Source: Acidimicrobiales bacterium (GTDB lineage Bacteria; Actinomycetota; Acidimicrobiia; Acidimicrobiales; Iamiaceae). Taken from it: 64,000 bases of DNA. The position numbers and the translations under genes were made by a program. Shown piece by piece: positions 18,236-28,623 of this stretch. Position 1 is the first letter of the stretch. Each line of letters starts with the position of its first letter. The notes under the pieces are model-generated. The model did not search any database and was not told where the DNA came from. It was given only the letters and a program-made list of their open reading frames with translations. The DNA lies in the NCBI GenBank assembly GCA_030447445.1, contig JAUJOW010000005.1, positions 96,053 through 160,052 of the forward strand. The letters run 5' to 3'.

Positions 18236-18295
18236 TGGGGGAAGAACGAGCGTAGCTCCGCCGGGCCGACGCCCACCTCGCACTACGGTGCGGCG

Positions 18296-18514
18296 ATGGC
18301 CGAGGTGCGGACCGAGATCACCGCCAACGTGTGGCAGGTACGGGTCGAGGTGGGCCAAGCCGTCGCCACTGGCGACGAGCTGGTGATCCTCGAGTCGATG
18401 AAGATGGAGATCCCGGTCGAGGCGCCCTGTGCCGGCACGGTGGCCGAGATCCGGGTCGCGCCCGACGACAAGATCACCGAGGGCGACGTCGTCGCCGTCA
18501 TCGACGAGAGCTGA
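18296..18514 (+). CDS. Stand-alone biotin/lipoyl attachment domain protein (BCCP-like)
   Basis: 72 aa: MAEVRTEITANVWQVRVEVGQAVATGDELVILESMKMEIPVEAPCAGTV..., with the (E)SMKM biotinylation motif. Confidence 0.8.
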   Translation: MAEVRTEITANVWQVRVEVGQAVATGDELVILESMKMEIPVEAPCAGTVAEIRVAPDDKITEGDVVAVIDES

Positions 18515-18521
18515 GCCGCCG

Positions 18522-19253
18522 GTGGCCGTGGACGTCACCGACCACGACCACGTGCGGCTCGTGGTGATCGACCGCCCCGAGCGCCGCAACGCCGTCGACC
18601 ACCACGCGCTCGGGTTGCTTCGTGAGGCGGTCGAGTCGGCGACGTCGGTCGGCGCCCGCGTGCTCGTGCTCGGTGGCGCCGGCGGTCACTTCTGTGCCGG
18701 CGCCGACCTCACCGGCGTGGAGGACGAGCGGTTCGCCACCGTGTTGCGAGGTGTCCTCCTGGCCCTGCGGGACGCCCCCTTCCCCACCATCGCCGCCGTC
18801 GAGGGCCCCGCCCTCGGCGCCGGGACCCAGTTGGCCGTGGCCTGTGATCTCCGCACCGCCACCCCCGGTGCCTCCTTCGGCATCCCCGCCGCCAAGCTCG
18901 GCCTCATGGTCGACCACTGGACGGTGCAGCGCCTCGCCACCATCGCCGGCCAGGGCGCCGCCCGGGCCATGCTGCTCGCCGCCGACGTTCTGTCCGGCGT
19001 CGACGCCCACCGGCTCGGCCTGGTGCAGCGCCTCTGCCCCGTGGCCGACGCCGAGGCGTGGGCCAGCGAGATCGCCGACCTGGCCCCGCTCACCATCGAG
19101 GGCCACAAGCTGATGCTCAACCGCCTCGACGCCCCGCTCCCCTCCGACGCCGACGTGGGTGAGGCGTTCAGCCGAGCCTGGCGTTCCGCCGACTTCCAGG
19201 AGGGCCTGGCCGCCTTCCGAGAGCGCCGAACCCCCGAGTTCCGCGGCCACTGA
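18522..19253 (+). CDS. Enoyl-CoA hydratase/isomerase (crotonase) family protein
   Basis: GTG 18522 gives VAVDVTDHDHVRLVVIDRPERRNAV. Contains GGAGGHFCAGADL and GPALGAGTQLAVACD. Confidence 0.8.
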   Translation: MAVDVTDHDHVRLVVIDRPERRNAVDHHALGLLREAVESATSVGARVLVLGGAGGHFCAGADLTGVEDERFATVLRGVLLALRDAPFPTIAAVEGPALGAGTQLAVACDLRTATPGASFGIPAAKLGLMVDHWTVQRLATIAGQGAARAMLLAADVLSGVDAHRLGLVQRLCPVADAEAWASEIADLAPLTIEGHKLMLNRLDAPLPSDADVGEAFSRAWRSADFQEGLAAFRERRTPEFRGH

Positions 19254-19328
19254 CGCCGCTTGAGGACGGCCCCACACAAGCGTTTCAGCCGGTCGGCGCT
19301 TCATGTCCGTCGTCTGGACAGGAGGTCA

Positions 19329-20435
19329 CTAGACAGCGTCGACGAGGAGGGTGAAGTTGGGGCGGGTCAGGACAGCGATTCGCCCTTCCTGGCTCTCAAC
19401 CCGGCCGGTGGGGATGGCGTCGACGACGAGCCTGGTGAGCTCGAGGGCCGGTGACCGCTGGACGAGGTCAGCAAGTCGCGCCTGCGCGTGCCCACCGCCG
19501 TACACGTGGAGGGCCGTGGGTGGGGCGCCGGCGAGTCCTGCTGATTCGACGACGGCAAGGGTCTCGGTTTCCCGGTCGAGGATCCCGGTGTGGCTGAGCG
19601 GTCTGCCGTCGCGGAACGTCACGAGATTGATCGCGTCCGGTTCGCTCAAGGCGATGGCGGTGAACCATCCAGGGTCGAGTACAGGAGCCGGTGATGACTG
19701 CGGAGCCTGGTGAAGGAGTCTGGCCAGCAGAGCGATGGTGTGTTGGTCGGGCTCGTCGAGCATCGCCGTCCATTCGCCGACGGTCGTGTAGGTCTCCGGC
19801 CCGGCGCCAACCCCTCGGAGTCGCATGAAGCTGCATGGTTCGACCGCGACGCTCTGGAGGCGCCCACCCCTCTTGATGAAGGCGACGGAGGCCTGGAGGC
19901 CGGCGCGCAGCCACAGAGGCGCGACGAGGATGCCGTCGTCGTGCAGCACATCGACCCAGGCCGGTGAAAGATCCCACACCCCCACGGTGGCCTCGATGCG
20001 ATCGAATCGGGAGCGGCCAGGGACGTGCTCCCATCCGTCGCCGGTGACGACGGCGACATTGGACGCGTCGACAGCACGCAGGTGGCGCTCGGCGTCGGCG
20101 GTGATCTCTTGGTCGATGTCCACCGTGGTGATCTGGCCGTTCGGGCCGACGAGGCGCCCGAGTAGAGCGGCGTTGTACCCCGTGCCGGTGCCGATCTCGA
20201 GAACACGGTGCCCGGGCCGCGCTTCGAGCTGTTCGAGCATACGGGCCATGATCGCCGGCTCGCTGGAAGAGCTGAGCGGCACCCCATCGGGTCCGCGTCG
20301 GATGACGATGGCCCGACCGCTGTAGACGTCGTCCACAGCGAGGTTCGGGAGGAAGCAGTCTCGGAGCACCGCCCGCATGGCCTGCTCGACGGCTTCGCTT
20401 CTTGGACAGCCCTCGCCGACGAGCCTGTCGACCAT
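19329..20435 (-). CDS. Long-form protein-L-isoaspartate O-methyltransferase (PIMT) family SAM methyltransferase with ~170-aa C-terminal extension
   Basis: ATG 20435 has GGAGG 11 nt upstream; GTG 20483, 2 nt after the sortase stop, is the alternative. AVLRDCFLP and VLEIGTGTGYNAALLG (SAM motif I) are present. Visibly lower G+C than its neighbours. Confidence 0.75.
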   Translation of the reverse strand: MVDRLVGEGCPRSEAVEQAMRAVLRDCFLPNLAVDDVYSGRAIVIRRGPDGVPLSSSSEPAIMARMLEQLEARPGHRVLEIGTGTGYNAALLGRLVGPNGQITTVDIDQEITADAERHLRAVDASNVAVVTGDGWEHVPGRSRFDRIEATVGVWDLSPAWVDVLHDDGILVAPLWLRAGLQASVAFIKRGGRLQSVAVEPCSFMRLRGVGAGPETYTTVGEWTAMLDEPDQHTIALLARLLHQAPQSSPAPVLDPGWFTAIALSEPDAINLVTFRDGRPLSHTGILDRETETLAVVESAGLAGAPPTALHVYGGGHAQARLADLVQRSPALELTRLVVDAIPTGRVESQEGRIAVLTRPNFTLLVDAV

Positions 20436-20485
20436 CCGACCGTTCGCCTCCGCGGCGCCGTCGAGATGAGCCGTTGCGCCCACGC

Positions 20486-21505
20486 CTAGTAGCTGGCCGG
20501 GAGGAGCAGGGAGAAGTTCTCGAAGAAGAGGAACAGGCAGATCCCGAAGGGCACGATGCCTACCAGGTAGGGGAGCCACTGGACGTGGCGGGCCCGGGAT
20601 CGGCGGTCGACCCGCTGCCGCACGAGCGTGGCCACGAGCCAGCAGGCCAACCAGATGGCAGCGCAGGCCAGGCCCCAGAGCACCACCGGCCACCTCGAGG
20701 CGGTCTCGCCGTCGATGTCCTCGAACACGGCTCGGCGGTCGGTCGGCGCCGAGACCGCCCCCTGGGCGGGCAGGCGGGGCACCGGGTTCCCGACGAGCTG
20801 GGCGGACACGATGATCCGCTCGCGGGCCGAGAACTTGGGGTGGCAGGCGGTGAGGGTGAGGCGGTTGTCGCCCTTGTCCTCGAGCACCGACACCTCCGAA
20901 GGTTTGACGATCGACGTCTCACTGACGAGGTAGCGGAACGTGCCCTGCAGGGTCGTCACCATGACCTCGTCACCGGGGACGACGTCGTCGATGTTGTGGA
21001 ACGGCGCGCCGTAGGTCGTCCGGTGCCCGGCGATGGCCGCGTTGCCGGCCTGGCCCGGGAGCGGCGTCTCCGGGTAGTGCCCGGCGCCCCGCTTGAGCTG
21101 GGACACGCTCACGCCCTGGACGAAGAAGAACTCCCGCACCCCGATCTTGGGGATGGAGATGCTGCCGACCACGTTCCCCTCCACCGGGGGGGCGACGGCG
21201 GGGGCCGTGGACGCCGGTGTGGTGGGGGGCGGGGTCGGCGGCACGGTGCCGTCCCCGGGGAGGGTCGTGGACGACGTGGTCGTGGTCTCGGCCGCCTCGG
21301 CGGCGGCGTCGAGCTGGGCCGCGAACTCGTCGTCGAGGCGGTCCTGGGCCTGGTCGGTGCGCAGGTTCGTCCCCCAGAGCTGGTAGGCCACGAAGAGGAG
21401 GATGAGCGTTCCGCTCGTGATCAGGGCGCGACCGAGGCCGCCCAGGACCAGGGCGAAGCCCCGCGATCGGTAGAAGCGACGAACGGGACCCGGCATCGGC
21501 GACAA
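20486..21505 (-). CDS. Class E sortase (transpeptidase) with N- and C-terminal TM segments
   Basis: 339 aa. Catalytic His in AIAGHRTTYGAPF, catalytic Cys in LTLTACHP (TLxTC), and an N-terminal membrane anchor. Confidence 0.85.
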   Translation of the reverse strand: MSPMPGPVRRFYRSRGFALVLGGLGRALITSGTLILLFVAYQLWGTNLRTDQAQDRLDDEFAAQLDAAAEAAETTTTSSTTLPGDGTVPPTPPPTTPASTAPAVAPPVEGNVVGSISIPKIGVREFFFVQGVSVSQLKRGAGHYPETPLPGQAGNAAIAGHRTTYGAPFHNIDDVVPGDEVMVTTLQGTFRYLVSETSIVKPSEVSVLEDKGDNRLTLTACHPKFSARERIIVSAQLVGNPVPRLPAQGAVSAPTDRRAVFEDIDGETASRWPVVLWGLACAAIWLACWLVATLVRQRVDRRSRARHVQWLPYLVGIVPFGICLFLFFENFSLLLPASY

Positions 21506-21582
21506 CGCTAGGCGCCACCCACGGCCGGCCCGCCTCGCGCCGACCGACCCCGGACCTGCGTCGGTACCCTGGACCGGTCACC

Positions 21583-22251
21583 ATGGAACCCGCCGTCCAC
21601 CTCCGCGGCGCCGTCTCCCTGCTCGGTCGCTTCCCCGCCCTGGCCGGCGTCGATCTGGACGTGGCCCCCGGCGAGGTGGTGCTGCTCCAGGGCCCGAACG
21701 GGGCCGGCAAGACCACGCTGCTGCGTTGTTGCGCCGGGCTCGTGGCCGTCACCGCCGGTGAGGCGACCGTCCTCGGCCACGACCTCACCGTCGACCGCCG
21801 GGCGGTCCGGCGGCGAGTGGGTATGTTGGGCCACGCCACCGGCCTGTACGAGGACCTGACCGTGGCCGACAACGTGGCCTTCTGGTCTCGGGCCGCCGGC
21901 GCCCGCAGGGGCGATGCCGACGCCGCCATGGCCCGCCTCGGCCTCGACGGTCGCCTGGCCGCCGTGGCCGTGCACCGGCTCTCGGCCGGCCAGCGGCGGC
22001 GCACGTCGCTGGCCGTCATGCTGGCCCGCCGGCCCGAGCTCTGGCTCCTCGACGAACCGCACGCCGGGCTCGACCAGTCCGGGCGGGATCTCGTGGACGG
22101 GCTGGTAGCCGACGCGGCGGCGGCCGGGGCCACCGTGCTCATCGCCTCCCACGAGCTGGAGCGAGCCCGGGCCATCGCCCATCGCAGCGTGGCCGTGGTG
22201 GGCGGTGCCACCGCCCGCACCTCCCCGGCCGAGCGCGACCATGTGGCGTGA
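21583..22251 (+). CDS. ccmA: Heme exporter ABC ATP-binding protein CcmA
   Basis: Walker A GPNGAGKTT, signature LSAGQRRR, and first position in the ccm cluster. Confidence 0.85.
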   Translation: MEPAVHLRGAVSLLGRFPALAGVDLDVAPGEVVLLQGPNGAGKTTLLRCCAGLVAVTAGEATVLGHDLTVDRRAVRRRVGMLGHATGLYEDLTVADNVAFWSRAAGARRGDADAAMARLGLDGRLAAVAVHRLSAGQRRRTSLAVMLARRPELWLLDEPHAGLDQSGRDLVDGLVADAAAAGATVLIASHELERARAIAHRSVAVVGGATARTSPAERDHVA

Positions 22252-22909
22252 TGCCGCCCTCGTGGCCGGCAAGGACCTGCGCCTTGAGCTGCGCAGCCGG
22301 GTGGCCATCAACCAGGTGGCTCCGTTCGCGCTGCTCGTGCTGGTGCTGTTCGCCTTCGCCCTCGACCCCGATCGGGGCATCCTCGCCCGTGCCACCGCCG
22401 GGCTCTACTGGGTGGCCGTCCTGTTCTCGGCCGTGCTCGCCGTGCAGCGGGCGTTCGCCGTCGAGGTGGCCGACGGCGTGCGGGACGGGCTGCGCCTGTC
22501 CGGCCTCGACCCGGCTGGCATCTTCGTCGGCAAGGTGGCGGCGCTGGCCGCGCAGCTGCTGGTCCTGGAGGCGCTGCTCGGCCTGGGCGTCGTCGTGTTC
22601 TACGACGCCGACGTCGCCGGCATGCTGCTCCTCGTACCCACCTGCCTGGCCGCCACCCTGGGCGTGGCGGCGGCCGGCTCCCTCTACGGCATCCTGTCGG
22701 CCGGGTTGCGGGTCAAGGAGACGATCCTGCCCCTCCTCCTGCTCCCCGTGGTGGCGCCGGTGCTGGTGGCCGCCACCCAGGCGTTCGAGGCCGGCCTGAG
22801 CGGGCCCACGAGCGACGGCTGGCGGTGGCTCGGCCTGCTCATCGTGTTCGCCGCCGCCTACGTCGGGCTCGGCCTCACCACCTTCGACCTGCTCCTGGAG
22901 GAATCGTGA
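22241..22909 (+). CDS. ccmB: Heme exporter membrane protein CcmB
   Basis: ATG 22241 overlaps the ccmA stop. MWRDAALVAGKDLRLELRSR... followed by about six hydrophobic helices. Confidence 0.8.
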   Translation: MWRDAALVAGKDLRLELRSRVAINQVAPFALLVLVLFAFALDPDRGILARATAGLYWVAVLFSAVLAVQRAFAVEVADGVRDGLRLSGLDPAGIFVGKVAALAAQLLVLEALLGLGVVVFYDADVAGMLLLVPTCLAATLGVAAAGSLYGILSAGLRVKETILPLLLLPVVAPVLVAATQAFEAGLSGPTSDGWRWLGLLIVFAAAYVGLGLTTFDLLLEES

Positions 22910-22970
22910 GCGACCCGCTCGCGCGACTTGCCATCGGCCACCCCCGTGAGGTGCGCTGGGGGCGGTCCCC

Positions 22971-23726
22971 ATGAACGACTCCACCGCCTCCACCGGCACG
23001 CGGGTGCTCGGCTCGATCACGCTGGTCGGGTTCGCCGCCCTGTTGCTGTTCGGGCTGGTGCTCTCGCCCGCCGACGCCGCCCAGGGCGAGCTCGTCCGCA
23101 TGATGTACGTGCACGTGCCCACCGCCTTCGTCGCCTTCGGGGCGTTCACCGTCACCGTCGCCGCCAGCGTCGCGTACCTGCTGCGCCGCACCGAGTGGTG
23201 GGACCTCGTCGCCCACGGGTCGGCCGAGATCGGCGCCGTGCTGCTCGCCGCCACCCTGGTGAGCGGCATGCTGTGGGGCCGGCCCACCTGGGGCGTCTAC
23301 TGGACCTGGGATGCGCGGCTCACCACCACCGCCCTGCTGTTCGTCCTCGTGCTGGGCTACCTGGCCGTGCGCCGGCTGCCCCTCGACCGCGACAAGCGGG
23401 CCGGTCTGGCCGCCGTGGTGGGACTGCTGCTGCTGCCCACCACGATCGTCTGCCACTACGCCACCACGTGGTGGCGCACGTTGCACCAGGGCCCCACCAT
23501 CGCCCGGGCCGACCCCCAGATCGACGGCCTGCTCCTGTTCACCCTCGTCCTGGGCCTGGCCGTGTTCGCCCTGCTGTACGTGTGGATGATGGTCCACCGC
23601 TTCCGGGTCCTCTACCTCGAGCACCGGGTGGAGGACCTCGGCCTCGACACGGCCATCGCCGAGCGCCGCCGGGAGGCCAGCGGCGCCCTGGCCACCCCCC
23701 GACCAGCGACCGGCCCGGTGACATGA
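22971..23726 (+). CDS. ccmC: Heme-handling protein CcmC
   Basis: WGRPTWGVYWTWDARLTTT matches the WGxxWxWDxRLT tryptophan-rich motif. Confidence 0.9.
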   Translation: MNDSTASTGTRVLGSITLVGFAALLLFGLVLSPADAAQGELVRMMYVHVPTAFVAFGAFTVTVAASVAYLLRRTEWWDLVAHGSAEIGAVLLAATLVSGMLWGRPTWGVYWTWDARLTTTALLFVLVLGYLAVRRLPLDRDKRAGLAAVVGLLLLPTTIVCHYATTWWRTLHQGPTIARADPQIDGLLLFTLVLGLAVFALLYVWMMVHRFRVLYLEHRVEDLGLDTAIAERRREASGALATPRPATGPVT

Positions 23727-23860
23727 CCGACGGCTGGGGCTACATCCTCACCTGCTACGGGTTGGTTCTTGCCGCGCTCGTGGTGATCGTGGCGCGGTCC
23801 TCCCAGCGGGGGCGCAAGCTGGCCCGCCAGGTTCCCGAGGAGCAGCGCCGGTGGATGTGA
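23723..23860 (+). CDS. ccmD: Heme exporter small subunit CcmD
   Basis: 45-aa single-TM peptide MTDGWGYILTCYGLVLAALVVIVARSSQRGRKL... ATGA overlap with ccmC. Sits between ccmC and ccmE. Confidence 0.6.
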   Translation: MTDGWGYILTCYGLVLAALVVIVARSSQRGRKLARQVPEEQRRWM

Positions 23861-24335
23861 CCCCCCGCACCGCTCCCGGCTCCGGCGTCGGCGCTCCGCC
23901 GGCACCGAGCCGTCGCCACCGTGGACGACGAGGCCTCGCCATCGGCCTTGTGCTCGTCGCCGCGCTGGGCGCCGTCGGGTTCCTGCTGATCAAGCAGATC
24001 GACAGCGCCTCGCTCTACTACTACAACGCCGACGAGGCGGTGGCGAAGCGTGACGACCTCGGCGACCAGCGGTTCCGCATCCAGGGCACCGTGGTGGACG
24101 AGCGGTCGGCCGTCGGCGACGACCGTCTCGCCTTCACCATCGCCTTCGCCGGCACCCGGGTCGAGGTCGACCACGACGGCGTGGAGCCGTCGGCCCTGTT
24201 CGAGGAGGGCATGCCCGTGGTGTGCGAAGGGCGCTGGAGCCCGGACGGCTCCCGCTTCGTCTCGGACCGCATCGAGGTCAAGCACTCCTCGGAGTACAAG
24301 GCCGAGAACCCCGACCGGGTCGACCCGGCCGCCCC

Positions 24336-24339
<4 letters not shown>
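23851..24339 (+). CDS. ccmE: Heme chaperone CcmE
   Basis: TM anchor LAIGLVLVAALGAVGFLL, OB-like body FRIQGTVVD, and HxxxY heme-binding motif (VKHSSEY). Confidence 0.85.
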
Positions 24340-26380
<2,041 letters not shown>

Positions 26381-26381
<1 letters not shown>

Positions 26382-26926
26382 TGGCGGCGCCGGGTCGCCG
26401 CCGCCTGGCCGTCGCCGTCGCCGTCCCGGTGGCGGCGGTGCTGGCCCTGTTCGTCGGCGTGCTCGCCACCCGGGAACCAGCCGTCAACCGCAAGACCGAC
26501 AGCCCGCTGCTGGACCAGCCGGCGCCGGGCATCCGCGGCGAGACCCTCGACGGCCAGCGGTTCGATCTCGGCGACCTCGAGGGTCGATGGGTGCTGGTCA
26601 ACTTCTTCGCCTCGTGGTGCGTCCCGTGCATCCAGGAGCACCCCGAGCTGAAGCGGTTCTCGGCCGAGCACGCCGCTGCCGGCGACGCCGAGGTGGTCAG
26701 CGTGGTCTACGACAACGACCAGGAGAACACCGAGCGCTTCTTCGCCCGTGAGGGCGGGGACTGGCCCGTGGTGACCGATCCGCAGGGTCGGGTGGCGCTC
26801 GACTACGGCGTGGCCAGGGTGCCCGAGTCGTTCCTCGTCGACCCCGACGGCGTGGTGCGGGTCAAGATAACCGGCGGCGTCGAGCAGGCCGGCCTCGACG
26901 AGCTGTTGGCCGAAGCCGGTGGCTGA
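26381..26926 (+). CDS. ccmG: Thiol:disulfide oxidoreductase CcmG/DsbE (TlpA-like)
   Basis: TGATG overlap with ccmF. Signal anchor plus thioredoxin fold with VNFFASWCVPC. Confidence 0.85.
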
Positions 26927-27428
26927 CCAGCCGCGGACCGCGCCCGCCGCTCGCTGGGTGCCCTGGGTGCTCATGGCCGTGGTCGTGGCCGTGGCCCTCG
27001 CCGTCGGGTCCCGGCCCGCTGACGACGCCACCGAGGAGGACCGCGTCCGGGCCATCGCCTCGACCGTGAAGTGCCCGGCCTGCTCCGGGCAGTCGGCGGC
27101 CACCTCCGACGCCCCGTCGGCCACCGCCATCCGGGCCGAGATCACCCGGCGGGTCCGGCGGGGCGAGAGCGACGACGAGATCCGGGGCTACCTGGCCGGG
27201 CGGTTCGACGACATCCTGCTCACCCCGACCAGCTCCGGGGCCGGCGGGGTGGTGTGGGCCCTCCCGGTGGCAGCCGTGGTCATGGCCTTCGCGGGGCTGG
27301 CGTTCGCCTTCCGCCGGTGGCAGGCATCGTCGCCGACCACCGCTTCGCCGGCGGACCGTGACCTTGTGGCCCGGGCCCGCACCGGTGGGTCACCCGCCGA
27401 CGCCCATGGCGAGGGCGACGGCCGGTGA
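26919..27428 (+). CDS. ccmH: Cytochrome c maturation protein CcmH
   Basis: GTG start overlaps the ccmG stop. KCPACSGQS (CxxC..QS) motif, with flanking TM helices. Confidence 0.8.
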   Translation: MADQPRTAPAARWVPWVLMAVVVAVALAVGSRPADDATEEDRVRAIASTVKCPACSGQSAATSDAPSATAIRAEITRRVRRGESDDEIRGYLAGRFDDILLTPTSSGAGGVVWALPVAAVVMAFAGLAFAFRRWQASSPTTASPADRDLVARARTGGSPADAHGEGDGR

Positions 27429-27438
27429 GCGAGCGCAC

Positions 27439-28251
27439 GTGAGCGACGCGGGGAGCGGCCGGGGGGCGGCCGCCCGCCTCGACCCCGACGAGCTGGCGGC
27501 GCTGATGGAGCAACGGGACTTCCTCCTCGCCAGCCTCGACGACCTGGAGCGCGAGCACGACGCCGGCGACCTCGACGACGACGACCACGCCGCCCTGCGG
27601 GACGACTACACGGCCCGTGCCGCCGAGGTGCTCCGAGCCATCGAGGACCGCCGTCACGCCATGGATGCCGCCCAGCGGCCCAGATCGCCGGCACGGGTGG
27701 CCGCCATCGCCGCCACCGTGGTGGTGGTGGCGGCCGTGGCCGGCGTGGTGGTGGCCCAGGCGGCGGGCCGACGGTCGGCCGGTGAGACGGCCACCGGCGG
27801 GGTGCGTCCGACCGCCACCCAGGAGGCTCGCCGCTGCCAGCCCCTCACCGCCGAGGGGAAGGCCGGTCAGGCCGTCGAGTGCTACCAGGCCGTGCTCGAC
27901 GAGAACCCGGACAACCCGACGGCGCTGGCCTGGCTGGGATGGACGTTGGTGCTCAGCTCCGGTGCACTGGAGGCCGGGACCCAGAGCGAGGCCCTCACCG
28001 CCGGCAAGAGCTTCCTCGACCGGGCCGTGGCCGCCGACGCCGACTACCCCGACGCTCGGGCCTTCCGGGCCATCGTCGCCCAGCGGGAAGGCCGACTGGT
28101 CGAGGCCAAGGCCGATCTCGACGCTCTCTACGCCGGCGATCCCCCGCCCGAAGTGCGTTCGCTCACCGACGCCCTCCGGGAGGAGGTCGAGCGAGGGCTG
28201 GCCGAGCAGGCGAAGGCGACCACGACGGCGATCACCGCGCCCCCGCCGTGA
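27439..28251 (+). CDS. CcmI/CycH-like TPR membrane protein
   Basis: GTG 27439. TM helix VAAIAATVVVVAAVAGVVVA followed by a TPR-like region (ECYQAVLDENPDNPTALAWLGW...). Positioned directly after ccmH. Confidence 0.55.
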   Translation: MSDAGSGRGAAARLDPDELAALMEQRDFLLASLDDLEREHDAGDLDDDDHAALRDDYTARAAEVLRAIEDRRHAMDAAQRPRSPARVAAIAATVVVVAAVAGVVVAQAAGRRSAGETATGGVRPTATQEARRCQPLTAEGKAGQAVECYQAVLDENPDNPTALAWLGWTLVLSSGALEAGTQSEALTAGKSFLDRAVAADADYPDARAFRAIVAQREGRLVEAKADLDALYAGDPPPEVRSLTDALREEVERGLAEQAKATTTAITAPPP

Positions 28252-28619
28252 TCGGCCGCTCCCGGCCGGTGGCGCGAGCGGTCGTCATGGGCACGCTCCT
28301 GCTGGCCCCGGCCCTCGGCTGCGCCAACGCCGAGGGCGCCGGGATCGACCGGGGCGACGTCCCGCTGGTGCGCTGGCGGGCGTTCCGGGCCGAGGCCCGG
28401 CCGGTCCTCCACCGGGTGCTGGGCCCGACCGACGGGCTCGTGGCCGACTGCCGGGCCCTCGCCTCGGACGTCCCGCCCCCGTTGCTCGGCGTCGATCTCG
28501 GACCGACCCTCGCCGCCTGCGCCGACGAAGACGTGAGCACGGCCCGGCTGCTGGCCCACGTCCAGATCGCCCGGATCTCGGTCGTCGACGGCGCCCTGGG
28601 GCTCGACGCGCCAACATGA
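28248..28619 (+). CDS. Hypothetical lipoprotein translationally coupled to the ccm operon
   Basis: GTG 28248 overlaps the CcmI-like stop (GTGA). Lipobox LAPALGC. Two further Cys residues (DCRAL, AACADED). Confidence 0.5.
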   Translation: MIGRSRPVARAVVMGTLLLAPALGCANAEGAGIDRGDVPLVRWRAFRAEARPVLHRVLGPTDGLVADCRALASDVPPPLLGVDLGPTLAACADEDVSTARLLAHVQIARISVVDGALGLDAPT

Positions 28620-28623
28620 GCCG

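Noticed and set aside
18498-19304. Minus-strand ORF (MKRRPAETLV...) starting just downstream of the PIMT-type methyltransferase, considered as a possible RiPP precursor
   Set aside because: It is the antisense shadow of the crotonase gene at 18522-19253. It is 268 aa of low-complexity sequence, with no leader/core organisation.
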